The translations under genes and the position numbers were made by a program. The notes below the pieces were generated by a model, which saw only the letters and a program-made list of their open reading frames with translations, did no database searches and was not told the DNA's origin. Shown piece after piece: positions 1-17,184 of a stretch of 64,000 bases of DNA (the stretch's first letter is position 1; each line of letters opens with the position of its first letter). Source of the stretch: the human T2T-CHM13v2.0 reference genome, Homo sapiens; NCBI RefSeq assembly GCF_009914755.1, contig NC_060929.1. The stretch is one strand, 5' to 3'.

Positions 1-148
1 TGTGTGTACTGTAGGATGTTTAGCAGCATCCGTGACCTCTACCCAGTAGATGCCAGTAGCATCCCCTCCTTCCCCTCCAATTCTGACAACCCCAAATTGC
101 CAAATGTTCCCTTGGGGTTGGGGAATCACCCTCTGTTGGGAACTACTG
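1..148. mobile_element. MER20 (hAT-Charlie) fragment
   Basis: TGTAGGATGTTTAGCAGCATCC...CCAGTAGATGCCAGTAGC...GAACTACTG resembles MER20 consensus. Confidence 0.75.
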
Positions 149-191
149 TTATAACCCCTTGTCAAAACCACACTTAATTATTAAGGCTTGA

Positions 192-547
<356 letters not shown>

Positions 548-1613
548 ACGTTCTCCCATTTTCAGCTCCTTCTTTAGAATTGTATTGGCTATTCTTGGAC
601 TCTCATTTTCCCGTGTACATTTTAGAATCAGCATAGTATGATCATGAAAAAAATGCTTGGGATTTTGATAGGAGTCACATTAAATGTATAAATCAGTTTG
701 CAAATTACAGTGTCAAGTCTTGATCCGTGGACATACTAGGTCTCTGCATTTGCTGTTGTTACTATCTTTCATAAAGTTTTTAAATGTTTTCCATGTTTTG
801 TTAGATTTATTCTTTGGCACTTTACATTTCTTTTTTTTTTCTTTTAGAGAGAGAGAGATGGGGTCTTACTCAGTTGCCTAGGCTGGAGTGCAGCCTCAAA
901 CTTCTGGCCTCAAATGATCCTCCTGCCTTAGCCTTTCCCAAGTAGTTGAGATTACAAGCACGTGCCCCCATACCCTTTGGCACTTTATAGTCTTATAAGT
1001 ATTATAATAATGCTTATACTTATTTGTAATGATGTCTTCTTTAAAATTACATTATCTGTTTTTTGGTAATGTATAATTTGTAATTGATTTTGCATATTTA
1101 TCCAGCAACTTGCTGAACTCTCTTATTCCTTATAATCATTTGACTGACTCTACGTGTTTTTGAGTTCCATTTTTATCATAGTGTATCATCTGCAAATATA
1201 TATATGATTTTTGTTTCTTCCTTTATAATCCTCATATTTATTAGTTCTATTAATATGAATGATCTTTTTGCAAAGGCTGGGACCTTTGGTCAGTTTTTAA
1301 TGGAAACAAAGTTAGTCTCCAGGGACACTAGTACATCATATAAAGCCTCTGTGCAAATTGGAAAAAGATACTTCTATCTGGTATGAAATTGTCATACATA
1401 CTCAAATATATAATGTCTCTGATGTAAATGGTGCTTCCTGGGATTGTGCAGTGCACAGAGTGGTCCTGCAGGTATTCTTGCATTATTCTTTTTTTAAAGA
1501 GATGATTTGAACATATTACCATTGAGCACAGTATTTTCTGTAAGTTTATCAGGTTAAAAAAGTTCCTTTCTATTTTGACTTTGTTAAAAAGTAATTATAA
1601 TAAATGAATGTAA

Positions 1614-1989
<376 letters not shown>

Positions 1990-2661
1990 TAAAAAGTGAT
2001 TAATGTGGTAAATTACATTAATAGATTTTCTGACATTTAATTTTATATTCCTGAAATAAAGGAATATTTCATATTCCTGACACTTAATTTTATATTCCTG
2101 AAAGAAAGACATTACATTAGTTGTTATGTAATGTCTTTTTATACATGCTGGATTTGGATTTATAAAACTTTGATAACAATGTTTATGTCCACATTCATGA
2201 GTGAGTATGGGATCATAATTTTTCTTTCATATATTTTCCTCCTCTGACTTTCGTATGCTACATATTAGCTTCACAAAATGAGCTGGGAAATATCTCATTT
2301 TGTTTATTTTCTATAAGAGTTTATATATGTTTGGAATTATATGTGACCTGACACTTTAGAAGGACTCACCTAGAAAACTATCTGGACTTGGTGTATTCTT
2401 TCAAGAAAGATTTTAAATGACTGGTTTAATTTCTTTAGTGGTTCTAGATCTGTTTAGATTTTTCTATGTCTTCTTGCATCAGTTGTGGAAATTTATGTTT
2501 GTATTGGATACATATTTGTGTGCCTTCTCAGATTGCCCTCACTGCCTCCTATCTGTCTCTTTGTCAGCACCAACACCAACACAGCACCCTTAATTTCCAG
2601 GCATAGAAGGCAAGCAGAGCCTGACTTCAGGCTCTGCTTTCTGAAGAGACCTGGCTATGAC

Positions 2662-5370
2662 AATTAGTATCAGATGTAGTTTTAGGTAACAAACACTTGG
2701 AAATGGAACATTGACATTGGATTATTCACTATTTTAAAATAATATGAACCTATTGCTGAATATAAGTAGGTTGATAATAACTTCTGGCAGGCAGTGGCTT
2801 TGCAATTTCTTAAGCTTTTAGCTCTGGTTAATTTAGATGAGGGGCAGGTGGACAGCAAGACAATGAAAGATAAAATGACAGGGTTATATGAGAACAATGG
2901 TAATTATAAAGATTGCAGAGTACAATGACTCTTCTGACAGCACTGAAGACCTTACCAAAAGAAAATGATAGGCTCATGGCAATCTAATTCTAACTTAACA
3001 TATTCTCGGAATGCTCGACAACTCCCATGGCAACTTTAGAGGAGACTCTTATTTCCAGCAACTGCAGGGCAAACCGATCTGAAAATTAGGCTCAGGATCT
3101 GATTATTTGCAGCCTTTGAAGAGCTTCAAAGGAGAAGAGTGGATTTTGCACATTCTGTGTCAAAGTCAGGGCTCTTATGAGGAAAGGCTGGGACCATGAG
3201 ACCTGGGATAGAAACATTTGGGTGGACAAACCTAAAACTCTTGAACCTCCAAATTCTCTGAGCCCTCCTTAACTGGTAGAAGCAGACCTTTCCCCCTTGC
3301 CAGAGTAGACTAACTTCTCCTTGCCTGGAAACAGAATAACTATTTCACTTGAAACATATACTTCACAAGATGACATTTGTTCTGCCCACAACCCTCCCTC
3401 AACACCCCTTATTGCCTCAAGGCCAATAATTAAAGTCAGATCTAAGAACATCTTGTGTTAACTAGGCACCAACCAGGAGACACAAACTATACCAGTTATT
3501 TTAATAAGCAGAATTAAATATAAAGAACTGTTAGCCAGGTATTGGAAAACTAGGCAGGCAAAAAGGGAACAATAAGGTATCAAGGAGGTGGCAATTGTGG
3601 GAAGCAGCTAGCACTTCTATGTCTGGGAAGCAAAGGGAACAGGTGAAAATTATTAAAACTTATAAATTTGGAGGACGGGCTTTGTGGACCTGAAACTCAG
3701 ACATCTGTAGAGGGGACACTGCTCTGCATGCAGTGCAGTTCCTGAGCTCAGAAAAGGGGTCCTTTGGGAATGGGATCCAGACCTCTGAGGGGATGCTGAT
3801 TGGCTGTTGCTGGGGTCTCAGAGGGAAATGAGGTGTGCTAAGGTCGGTTCTATGAATGGTGGAAAAACTGCAAACTATAATCAAATGTTGCTACTAGAGT
3901 CAACTACTGCTGCCAGGGTTCATGTTAGGATTAGGATTAGGAATAGGAATATAAGAGGACAGGAACAGGAAACAAAAACAAAGAATAGGAAGCAACAGGA
4001 AGAAAAAAGTCCCCTTTTCTTCCTCCAGCCTCCTAGTCTACACCCTCCATTGACAGATCCTAACAGGGTTGCAGCTGGCAAAGGAGAAATTGGTTTGCAG
4101 AATCCCAGCTGCAGCAGAGTATAGTATAGTGGGCTTGAAGCTGAGAGACAATAGCTTCACAGCTGACATACAGTCTTGGCAGGGAAGTGTAAGGTGTGCA
4201 GGAGTTTACTAATATGTACTGTCAGAATCCAGAATCGAGTGCATCCTGCAGCTGTTTGTCCAGAAGAATATAGAGTTGAATGGGATTGGATTTATTGGTG
4301 TGGGTATACTTACGACTCAGAATTAAGTTTTCGCAAGAACAACTGGAGTTAGTCCTAATAGTTTGCTGGAGTGGCTCCTTGAAGCCTGATCCTGATGATG
4401 GTGTACAGAATATGAAGTGGAGACACCTGAACTTCCTCCCATAGTATTGAAGAAAAGAGCAGATAGCTCAGAGAAGCAGGAATACTAAAATGGATTTTTT
4501 GTATCTGGCCTGAGAACCTACTATCTGAGTATGTTCCTGGAGGACACAGAATATACTCCTTTTACTAACACAGCAACAGATACACTAGTGAAGAGAAGCA
4601 GGCATCATTGCAAACATTGGTGGTGGATGTCCCCTGTAAGCTGGGTTGAAGGTGAAAGATGCTGCCAATGACATGGACTCCCTAATATCAATAGGCAACA
4701 TGAGATCCCTAGAATGGCAGAGCTCAGGTTGGAAGCACTTAAACATTAGAGGCAAGGGGGACATAATTACCACCACAAACAGCAAGGCCATGGTGCCAAC
4801 CAGGGTGCCTTGACTCTTAACCTTCAGGGATCTATTGTGGTGGCTAAGAAATTAAAGTGTTCCTAGAGACAAGAAACGTTGATAATCAATTAGCATGTAT
4901 ATGTAATCAAGTGGTAAAGGGCTGACATCAGCCACCACAGTGGAAATGCAAGCTCTTCCTCCAGTTCCCACATCTAAGGCATTCATAAACCCAGTGTCCA
5001 TTGATTGAACAGGAGGACTCTATAATCCCACTACATATACATGCAGTAAACTTTCTTTAATCCTTTACCAAAGCGATCTGGAGCCATTCATCAGGATAAG
5101 TACACACTAGTATAGGAGATACCCAAACTTTTCAAACATTGTTAAATATGAGGTCTGAGCTAATACTGACACCAGGAAAACCTAAATCTGCCATGATTCT
5201 TTGGTAAGAATGGGACTTCCATCGGACAAGTGAAACATGGAGACTCCTAGGCTTGAGTCTTTTATACTCTGGAACTGTTTTTCTAGTTCTTTGTTGTATA
5301 AATGGAATAAACATTCTAAGCACCTGGTAGAACCTTCCTGTGGCTTTGAAACTTTTGTAACAGCTCGTTA
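2662..5370 (+). mobile_element. Degenerate ERVL-class internal region (gag-pro relic), interrupted at ~3455-4170 by an ancient LTR-like element
   Basis: 5124-5186 reads QTFQTLLNMRSELILTPGKPK, a decayed version of the ERVL protease motif LLDTGSELTLIPGDPK; gag-like segments upstream; no intact ORF. Confidence 0.6.
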
Positions 5371-5498
5371 CATTTATAGGCCTGTGCATTTTACTCTCTC
5401 TATGTCGTGATCCTGATGGTAAATGTACACAATGATATGAGACCATGAAAGCAGTAGGTCAGCTGGCCACAGGCAGGTACATTGAGATTAAAAAAACT

Positions 5499-6582
<1,084 letters not shown>

Positions 6583-6754
6583 AGAAGGAGGATATGGTGA
6601 ATGAAAACATCTAAAGGGCAATTACAAGTTTGTTGGGTGGGAAAGAAAAAAGATACTGAGACAGAGGGTATAGTGTGGACCAAGGCACAGAGGTATGAAA
6701 ATTCATGGATATTCTGTGAAGAATAAGAGCTAGCATTCTTTACAGATCATCTCT

Positions 6755-7213
<459 letters not shown>

Positions 7214-9253
7214 TAGGTTTATTCCACATATGATTAGTAGCAAATCAGCGTTCACAGAAGACAATCGGAAAGGCTCTGAATGTTAACTAAGGGGACGTGC
7301 AGCATGTTATACAGACAAAGCAACCATTATATTAACTGCTGAGTGATCAGGAAGTACTGTTTTAAATATCTTATATCCTTATTTTACTACAATTAAATAA
7401 ATAAATACAAAATATTTTGTTTAAATTTTTACACCCTAATGTGTTTTTTCCTTATATACAGGCATTTTACTATGTTTTATGTTTTAAGAAGTTGGTTGAA
7501 GATTTTGGGTTGAGACATAATGCATTAAAATTTTTCGCACTTAAAATAATGGGAATGAGGCACCTGGTTAATGTTTTCTTGCCAAGGTTGTTACATGGAT
7601 GATGCCTGTATTTCTGTATGTCAGGGGTCAGAGGGGGCAGAGGTCGACCTTGAATGACCTGTGAAGGAGCCTGGACTTCAGATGGTAGTGAGTCAGAGGT
7701 TTCTATGCACAGCAGTGACACGTGGACATGTGTGTGTGTTGTCAACAGGCTTGACATGAGTTCGAATCAAGTTTTATTTCAGTTAGTTGCAAACAGCCCT
7801 GATTGTTTTTAGCTTCTCTGGGACCTGGCAGATTGGTGAGGGCTCATTATTGGGGATTTAGATGTGATATTCCAGTCTTAAGTCCTTATTAACTATATTA
7901 GACCCTGATAAGAAAGAGGGGAAAGGAGCTTTTTTGAGAGGATATAAGTGTACAAGGGAAAGGATTTTGTCTGTTTTATTCACTGTTGAATCCTAGCCCC
8001 TAGAATAGTCCTGGAGTATACTGGAACTCAGTATCTGCCTAATTGAATCAAGTTGAGATTCAGTCTTTTTGCAAGTTGAGTTTCCTGTTTCCTGTCTCCT
8101 GTCTGTCTAGAGTGGTCAGCACCGTGCTGTCCTCATCCATCTTGCTCCCTCACTAGCTCTGCTCCTGATCCTGGGGCTTGGTGCATGCACAAGTTGGGGA
8201 CCTGGTCCACGGTCCTGACCACCATGCCTGGGTGTGTGCTGGAAGGAAAACACGTCTTCTTCCTCGGAAGGAGTTCCATTCTCCTGCCTGGGAATCTGTG
8301 TCCGACTGCTCTGACCCTTCTCCCATGCCCAGAAAGAGCAGGAGCAATTGCTTCACACAGCAGTGGAGCCCAACACTGCAGCAATCCATGCAGATAAAGC
8401 CCAGGATAGGAGTACTGGCCTCTAAGGACCTCCAGCACAGGCCCACAGCTGCATCCCACACCCAGCAGAGAGCCTGTGATCAATACAGATTTGTTGAATG
8501 AAAGAAAGAGAGAATGGATAATATAGCTGAATATTGTTACTGGGTCTCTCCTTTGGGTCTATATCAGTTTTAAAATATTTTAAAGAGCATATTTTCTGGA
8601 TCCTTGAGAAGTTTTCTCAAACAGAAGAATCTCTAGTGATGCTACTGATAGCCATAAGCAGGCAGAATGGAGTGTTGTGCGGCCTGGTGCTGCCCTGCCC
8701 CCGGGAATACGGAACTCAGTCTTTCTAATGGGACTGCCCTACCAGTGTCTCTCTGTTCCTTTTGTTATGGTGCAGGGTCAGGTGGGGTAAGAACCCCTGC
8801 AGGCCTTGGCAGAGAGGGTTTCTGGCTTCCTCTCTATACTGGCAATGAGATTGATCTGCCAAATTCTTCTCACAGGCTGGGCAGGAACCTAGTTACAGGT
8901 TCCCACACTGCCCTTCTTCCAGGGGACGCCTTACAACTCATTTTAGTTCTACAATCAGTCTTGGAAAGCACATTCATTCATTTATTCCCTACCATTTACC
9001 CTGCACCATCCCAGGTTCTGGATATACTGTAGAGAGAAAACCAGGTTCACCTCCTGCCTGTGTCCCTGCTCCCCACATCCCCACTAAGTCCTGCTAGATC
9101 ACTTCCACCTCTGGTGTGCCTTGCAACCTTGAGACTTCTCCAGAGAAATGGGGATGCTCAGCCACATGTGCTCAGACCCTTCCTCCAAACTGGGCATGTA
9201 CTCAATGGACTGTGCTAACTTCAATTGCTAAGACAGAGGCCAGCAGCAAATTG

Positions 9254-9619
9254 AACAGTTGTCTATTTTTGTTTTATTAGAACACAACATAACATTAAAT
9301 AAATACTAATTTACCAAATTCTTAACCATTTCATAAATACTATTAAGTTAACAGACATTTTACAGAATGTTAAGTTAAATAAGAAAAAAGTATATCAATT
9401 TTGCCTGGAGGAAAATACTTCAATGATTCTGATATCTGAAATATATTTTAAGAATTTTATGCTTTCTGGCAAAGTGTCAGTATGCCTGAAATATTTACTT
9501 TCCCTCTGAAGTTAAATTATACTGAAAATTAAGGCCTGACTCTTTCTTGGCCCTCATTCTCACTGCAGTAAAATGTCCTTCTCCTCCAAAATCTTTGGCT
9601 GCAACAAACCAGTTTAGTC
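9254..9619 (-). other. IL5: IL5 3'UTR with AU-rich elements
   Basis: ATTTA pentamers on - strand (TAAAT on + at 9296, 9300, 9334, 9376); 3' end approximate, placed ~20 nt past the poly(A) signal. Confidence 0.85.
9273..9278 (-). terminator. IL5: IL5 polyadenylation signal AATAAA
   Basis: TTTATT on + strand at the end of the AU-rich 3'UTR. Confidence 0.85.
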
Positions 9620-9760
<141 letters not shown>

Positions 9761-9763
9761 TCA

Positions 9764-9952
<189 letters not shown>

Positions 9953-10902
9953 CTAAATGAGGAAAATTTTTAAAATGCAAATAATCAAGACAAGGTATAA
10001 AAATTTGGTCCATTGTCCATTCTGCAATGTATACATACTTCAAAACATCATATTGTACACAATAAATATATATACTTTTTAATTCATCAATTAAAAAATA
10101 ATTATTAAAACAATTTTGGTCCACAAAGTTAGGCTTTGTTTTGTGGTATTTACATGAGTTCCCTTCTCCAAAGAGTTTTTTGTTTGTTTTCTAGGCAACA
10201 AACCACCACATATTAAGATAAAATTTTCAAAAAGTAGATGAAGCTTATATGATTACTGAGGAGTTTTATAAAGGATATAACTTAATTATGTAACTGGAAA
10301 AAAATGTTTTGGAAGTGTAATGCATTATACATTAAACTCATATCAATGTGTTTCTACAGTTCTAGCTGGTAGTTTTATTCTATTTAGACTAATAAAACTA
10401 TATATTTTACATTTTAATATGACCAGGACATATTCAAATGCATACAACACCATCATATAGTCATAATTATTTAAGTATGCAGAAATTATTAATATAGGGC
10501 ATTTGTTATATATTTTAATGTCTACTGATCATGGTTCTAAAAATATAATTCTGAGTTGCTAATACTTTCAGAAACACGTTAGAGTGAGAAAGAGTCAGAA
10601 CTGCACGGAGACTAGCACGCACCTCTCACTCAGTGTGGAATCCTTCTGGAAAGAATCCCTGACACGATGCTCTTTGGGAGGCAAACTAACAACATCACCA
10701 AAGAGCCTAATCCACTTGTTTAAAGGATTCTACTTGATAAAAAGTCATTCCTCATATTTATAAGTACAGACATTCACAGCCACCCATATGAAAACAAAAT
10801 ATAGAAAATTAAATAGTTCCAATGATAACTAATGATTTACAGCTTAAAACAGGAAATTTACTTATTCATGCCATCATTTTACTGAATCATAATTTAACTT
10901 AC

Positions 10903-10935
10903 ATTTTTATGTACAGGAACAGGAATCCTCAGAGT
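10903..10935 (-). CDS. IL5: IL5 coding exon 2, 33 nt
   Basis: TLRIPVPVHKN; acceptor after polypyrimidine tract (TTTCCTTTCCTCTCCAG); GTAAGT donor. Confidence 0.99.
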
Positions 10936-11143
10936 CTGGAGAGGAAAGGAAATACAATCATTTTTACAGCACACCAGCATTCATAACTTTTAACAGAATG
11001 TTTGCTGGTGATGTAGTTATCACCCATGTACTAATGTGCTCAGAATCTTATTATTTATAACAGATCTCTATATATAGTAAAGGAACCATCACAAATGATT
11101 ACCTATGCACTTTACAGACTGTAGGAATCATAAAGAAAATTAC

Positions 11144-11287
11144 CTCATTGGCTATCAGCAGAGTTCGATGAGTAGAAAGCAGTGCCAAGGTCTCTTTCAC
11201 CAATGCACTTGTGGGAATTTCTGTGGGGATGGCATACACGTAGGCAGCTCCAAGAGCTAGCAAACTCAAATGCAGAAGCATCCTCAT
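11144..11287 (-). CDS. IL5: Interleukin-5 coding exon 1 (signal peptide and helix A), 144 nt
   Basis: Translates [48 protein letters not shown]; ATG at 11287 in GCCATG context; GT donor at 11143-11142. Confidence 0.99.
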
Positions 11288-11330
11288 GGCTCTGAAACGT
11301 TCTGCGTTTGCCTTTGGCAAAGAAAGTGCA

Positions 11331-11450
11331 TAGTACAAGACTGCGTCCCCAGTCAATTTATTGTCTGTCTTTGAGGAAATGAATAATTTCTAACAATCAG
11401 ATAGAGAATGCCTAATAATGGCATATCGTGAAACTAAATGTTTCCAATGC
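11331..11450 (-). promoter_or_regulatory. IL5: IL5 proximal promoter: TATA-like box, CLE0, double GATA, NFAT (IL-5P)
   Basis: TSS ~11331; AATAAATT at 11362-11355; CLE0 ATTATTCATTTCCTC at 11387-11373; adjacent GATA sites CAATC/AGATAG at 11394-11404; TGGAAA at 11446-11441. Matches known IL5 promoter architecture. Confidence 0.9.
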
Positions 11451-11819
11451 CTTATATCTTAAAAAATAAATTTACTTTTATCTTTTAATAATAAAAATCC
11501 CTGTTTCCCCCCTTTAAAAACATTTTCTATTACGAAGAATCTTTGGGTTAATACATCATTGCCCCACATTTGCATTTCTTAAAATCAGAAAATTAACTTC
11601 CTCTTAAAAGATGTGTGCAAAACAAAGTATAAGGTAGACCACTAAACAGAATTTTATGCTAAAATACATAAATATTGGGAATGTTTTTTTCAGATCGGCT
11701 ATGTTCTACTATGACTGTGGCTAGATTAATCTGTCTTAAAAGAAATTGAAAATACTGGTGGGAAGACAGTGATTGAAATGGAAACTGCCAAGCCTTGGCA
11801 GGGTCGAGTTCTGTTCACT

Positions 11820-12300
11820 GGGGTCTTGATTAGGATCCTTTCTGTTGCCAGTGACTAAAAACCTAACCTAAAGTTGTTGAAGATAAAGAGGGAAGGTATT
11901 GGCTCATAGAACCAAACAGTCCAGGAATGGAGGCTCTTTTACATTTTGATGGCTTCAGTGACTCTTCCTTGACTCCATCCTTGGGCACCTTTCCCATTGA
12001 GGTCTCAAGATGATGTCCAGACTCCTGGATCTGTATGTATTCTGTTCATGAGCAGCAGGAAAAAGCAAGCTGTGCTTTTCTGATTGTTTAATCAAAAGCT
12101 TTCAAATTCAGTCTCTTTCTGACAAGGGTCACATGTTCATCCTTGAACTGTGACCAGGGTGTAGTATATACTGATTGGCTCTCCCTGGAGCTAGAGGTGA
12201 CCCTAATCCTACCTCAACTGCATAGCTTAGAAATGTGGGGTCCCAGTAGTAAGGGGGACACAGATTCTAGGAAGGCAACCAATAAATATCTGTCACAGAT
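11820..12300. mobile_element. Old MaLR LTR (MLT1K/L-like) upstream of IL5
   Basis: Diverged MLT1-type motifs (GGATCCTTTCTGTTGCCAGTGAC, GGGTCACATGTTCATCCTTGAAC, CTGATTGGCT); boundaries approximate. Confidence 0.5.
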
Positions 12301-13179
12301 ACATAATACATGGATGTGTCCTCTCCTTTATGTCCCATAAGGGTGGAGGTGTCCTTTCACACCTTGGGCGGGCCATGAAATTAGGGGAATCAGCCTTTGT
12401 TCCTTAGGCTCAGACCTGTAATCCCAGAAAGGTACAAATGAGGCCCCCTCCTAGATCACACACTTCCTTTTTCCCTGGCCTGAACACATATGATGGAGGT
12501 GTATGTGGCTCATTGTTTTTAATAGAGTGCTTCAGTGAGCATCCCAGAGTGGCTCTATGTTGCAGCCTAGAAGCCTGACTTCAGGCCTGTCTTGAGCGTC
12601 AAGAACAGATGGTACCAAACACAAACTGTTGCCCAGAACAGTTTTCCAAAGCTAGGTGCAGTTGTGTAGGAGAAGTAGAGGCAGCTGGGAGGTAGACACA
12701 CCTTTCATACATACTCAATCCCAGCTCTGCACTGGAAAGATAAAGACAGTCTTGGATTTCAGTGGCGGCCTTCTTGTACCACGTTTGGTTTTGTTTGTGC
12801 TGAAGTTTTGGACTCTTGGTTAGATGTGTCTGATTTGCGCACTTGAGAAATGTTTTCCTTGAGAAATGTTTCCTTGAGACTGCAGAAGTTTGGCTCACTT
12901 CAGAAAATCTATCGGGAGTGAGATTTTCGGGAGTAGGAATCACAATAGGCTTGGTCAAAGTGCTCTTAAAATGGTATTCTCAGAAAAGAAGCTGAGTTCT
13001 GGCAGGAGCTTTCTCTTCCCAGAGAATATGAGAGCGTTCTCTCTGATTCCCCCTGACACCTTTATGTTACACTGAGGAAGTTAGGGCTTAGGTGAAAGTT
13101 TCAGGGGAATTGCCAAATAACTTGTTATTTTAGTACCTTAAATACACAAAGTTCTGAGTGCTTAAATTCTATCATAGGA

Positions 13180-13827
<648 letters not shown>

Positions 13828-14552
13828 TCAAATGTTGGCAACTGTATAATGTACCATTTTGCAGCCTCTGTTTTACAGCAAAACTGTGGGTTCTTATTGG
13901 AAGGCTAGTTATAAAAAATACTTCTTATTCAAAATTGTATTTCTTTTAGAAATGTTTAATTGTGGCAAAATACACATAAAATTTACTATCTTAACCATTT
14001 TTTTAAGTGTACAGCTCAGTAGCCTTAAGTACATTCATAATGTTGTGTGACAAATCTCCAGGACTCTTTTCATCTTGCAAAACTGAAACTCTGTACCCAT
14101 TAAACAACAGCTCCCAACCCCCGCCCCCGTTCTCCCAGCACCTTGCAACCACGCTTCTACTTTCTGTCTTTATGAATTTGATGACTTTAGGTACCTGATA
14201 TACAGTACTTGGCTTTTTGTGACTGGCTTATATCATTTAGCATAATGTCTATTCTCAAGATTCATCCATGTTGTAGCATGTGTCAATTTTCTTCCTTTTT
14301 AAGGCTGAATAATATTTCATTGGATGTCTATACCATGTTTTGTTTATCCATGGTCTGTCGATGGACACCAATGTTGCTTCCATCCTTTGGCTATTGTGAA
14401 TAATGCTGCTATGAACATGGGTGTACAAAATTAAATTTCTTATAAAGTTTTCGTGTCATTAACTTTTCCTCTATAAGTGTGATCTCCCCAACCTGACTGT
14501 AAACTGTCTCGGAGTTGGACCTGTAAAATAATGTATTTGAAAGAGCTTTATT

Positions 14553-14909
<357 letters not shown>

Positions 14910-15596
14910 TCAAAATAATGTATGTAGCTACTACACCCTCAAGGAGATGGAACACAACCCCCTTTCATTAAGAGTGGGATATACAGAGTGACTTTTTAAA
15001 AAAGAGAACTGTATGGAAAGGGGAGAATAAGAGGAATAACTTCACAGTGGAGAAACCTGATCAAACACTACTTCAGCTAGGTGATCCCAGTCAATGGTGG
15101 CAGTGAAACATCATGTTAACAGCATGTACCTTTGATTTGATGTGATAAGAAAGGAACTTTATCCCTGTCATCTTCCTCCCCAAAACCAGTAACCTCTGCC
15201 TAACCATGACACAAACACTACACATACCCAAATGGAAAGACAAAATGCCTGACCAGTACTCCTTAAAACTGTTAAGGTCATCAAAAACAAGCACAGTCTG
15301 AGAAACTGACACAGCCAGAGAGGCCTCTAAGAGACGTGATGACTACATACAATGTGGTATCATGGATGACACTCAGGAACAGAATAAGGACAACGGGCAC
15401 AACTAAGGGAATTGGAAAAAGCCTGGAGTTTAGTAATGTACCAATATTAGTTCCTTAGTTGTGACAATTGTACCATAGTAATGTTAACAATGGGAAACTG
15501 GGTGCAGGGCACACTGGAATGCTCTCTAACAGTCTTGAAACTTCTCTATAAATCTAAAACTACTTAAAATAAAAAGTGTATTAAAAATAATACTGC

Positions 15597-15933
<337 letters not shown>

Positions 15934-16280
15934 TTACCATTATTATTTAAAAGGCTTTGCTCAGGAGGCTGAGGCCAGAGGATCAATCGGGCCCAAGAGT
16001 TTAAGACTAGCCTGGGCAACATAGTGAGACCCTGTCTCAAAAAAAAAAAAAAAGCAGAACTTTGAATTCCATGAGTGTAATGCAGTTGGCACCTTTTTAT
16101 TTCACCAGTAGACTATGAGCTCCTTGAGAATAAGGTTTTTATTGAATCGATCTCTTCATCCTTGAGGACTAGCCTATTGTAGACAGTAAAATAAAGATTT
16201 GTTAAATAACTAACTGAATGAACAAGCAGGCACTTACAACAACTTTATCTTTTGTTGTACTCGTTGAGTTAATGTGAATA

Positions 16281-16846
16281 CAGCAGGTCCTTGAATAACT
16301 TTGCTTAGTTCCACGTTATTTCATTATACTGTTGATAAGAAAAACAATCGCTTCCCAGCCAAAGCCATTGTCTATGTGGAGTTTGCACAATCTCTCACAT
16401 CCCAAAGATGTGCACGCGAGGTGAATTGGCATGTCTACACAGTCCCAGTCTGTGAGTGTGTGTGTGTGCGTCTGTGTGTGCGTCTGTGTGCTCTGCAATG
16501 GAATGACGCCCTATCCAGGATTGGTGCTCACCTTGTACCTTGAGCTACCGGGATAAACTCCAGCCATCTTCAACCTTCAACTGGAATAGTTGGGTAAGTT
16601 ATCTTACTTGTTTTTATGAATCTTTCTTAAATGTACATATAGCTCATAATTGTTTCAATGTTTAATATTAGAAGTGTTTGGTCTTTGTTTAGAAGTGTGA
16701 TGATATTTTTGTGGCCAGAAATATGCCATAGGAATGTAAGCTTTGTTCATATCAATTCACCTACGGTAAAATTGGTTTTGTTATACATCGTTTCCCTTAA
16801 AGTCTGTTTCCAAGAACCTATTGATGACATTAAGTGAGGATTACTA
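16281..16846. mobile_element. MER6/MER6A (Tigger-type non-autonomous DNA transposon)
   Basis: Termini CAGCAGGTCCT...GAGGATTACT flanked by TA; internal (TG)n and V-SINE-like core. Confidence 0.75.
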
Positions 16847-16868
16847 TACTGTGGAAACTCAAGAAGTC

Positions 16869-17184
<316 letters not shown>

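Noticed and set aside
3925-3948. (TTAGGA)3 telomere-like hexamers
   Set aside because: Not TTAGGG, only 3-4 units, and inside an old LTR-like element; simple slippage explains it.
12585-12600. GCCTGTCTTGAGCGTC, resembling the 3' end of 5.8S rRNA
   Set aside because: Only ~15 nt with an indel and no flanking similarity; chance match.
12599-12958. 119-aa - strand ORF upstream of IL5
   Set aside because: Non-ATG start, no recognisable homology, and it spans a tandem repeat with an indel; no coding support.
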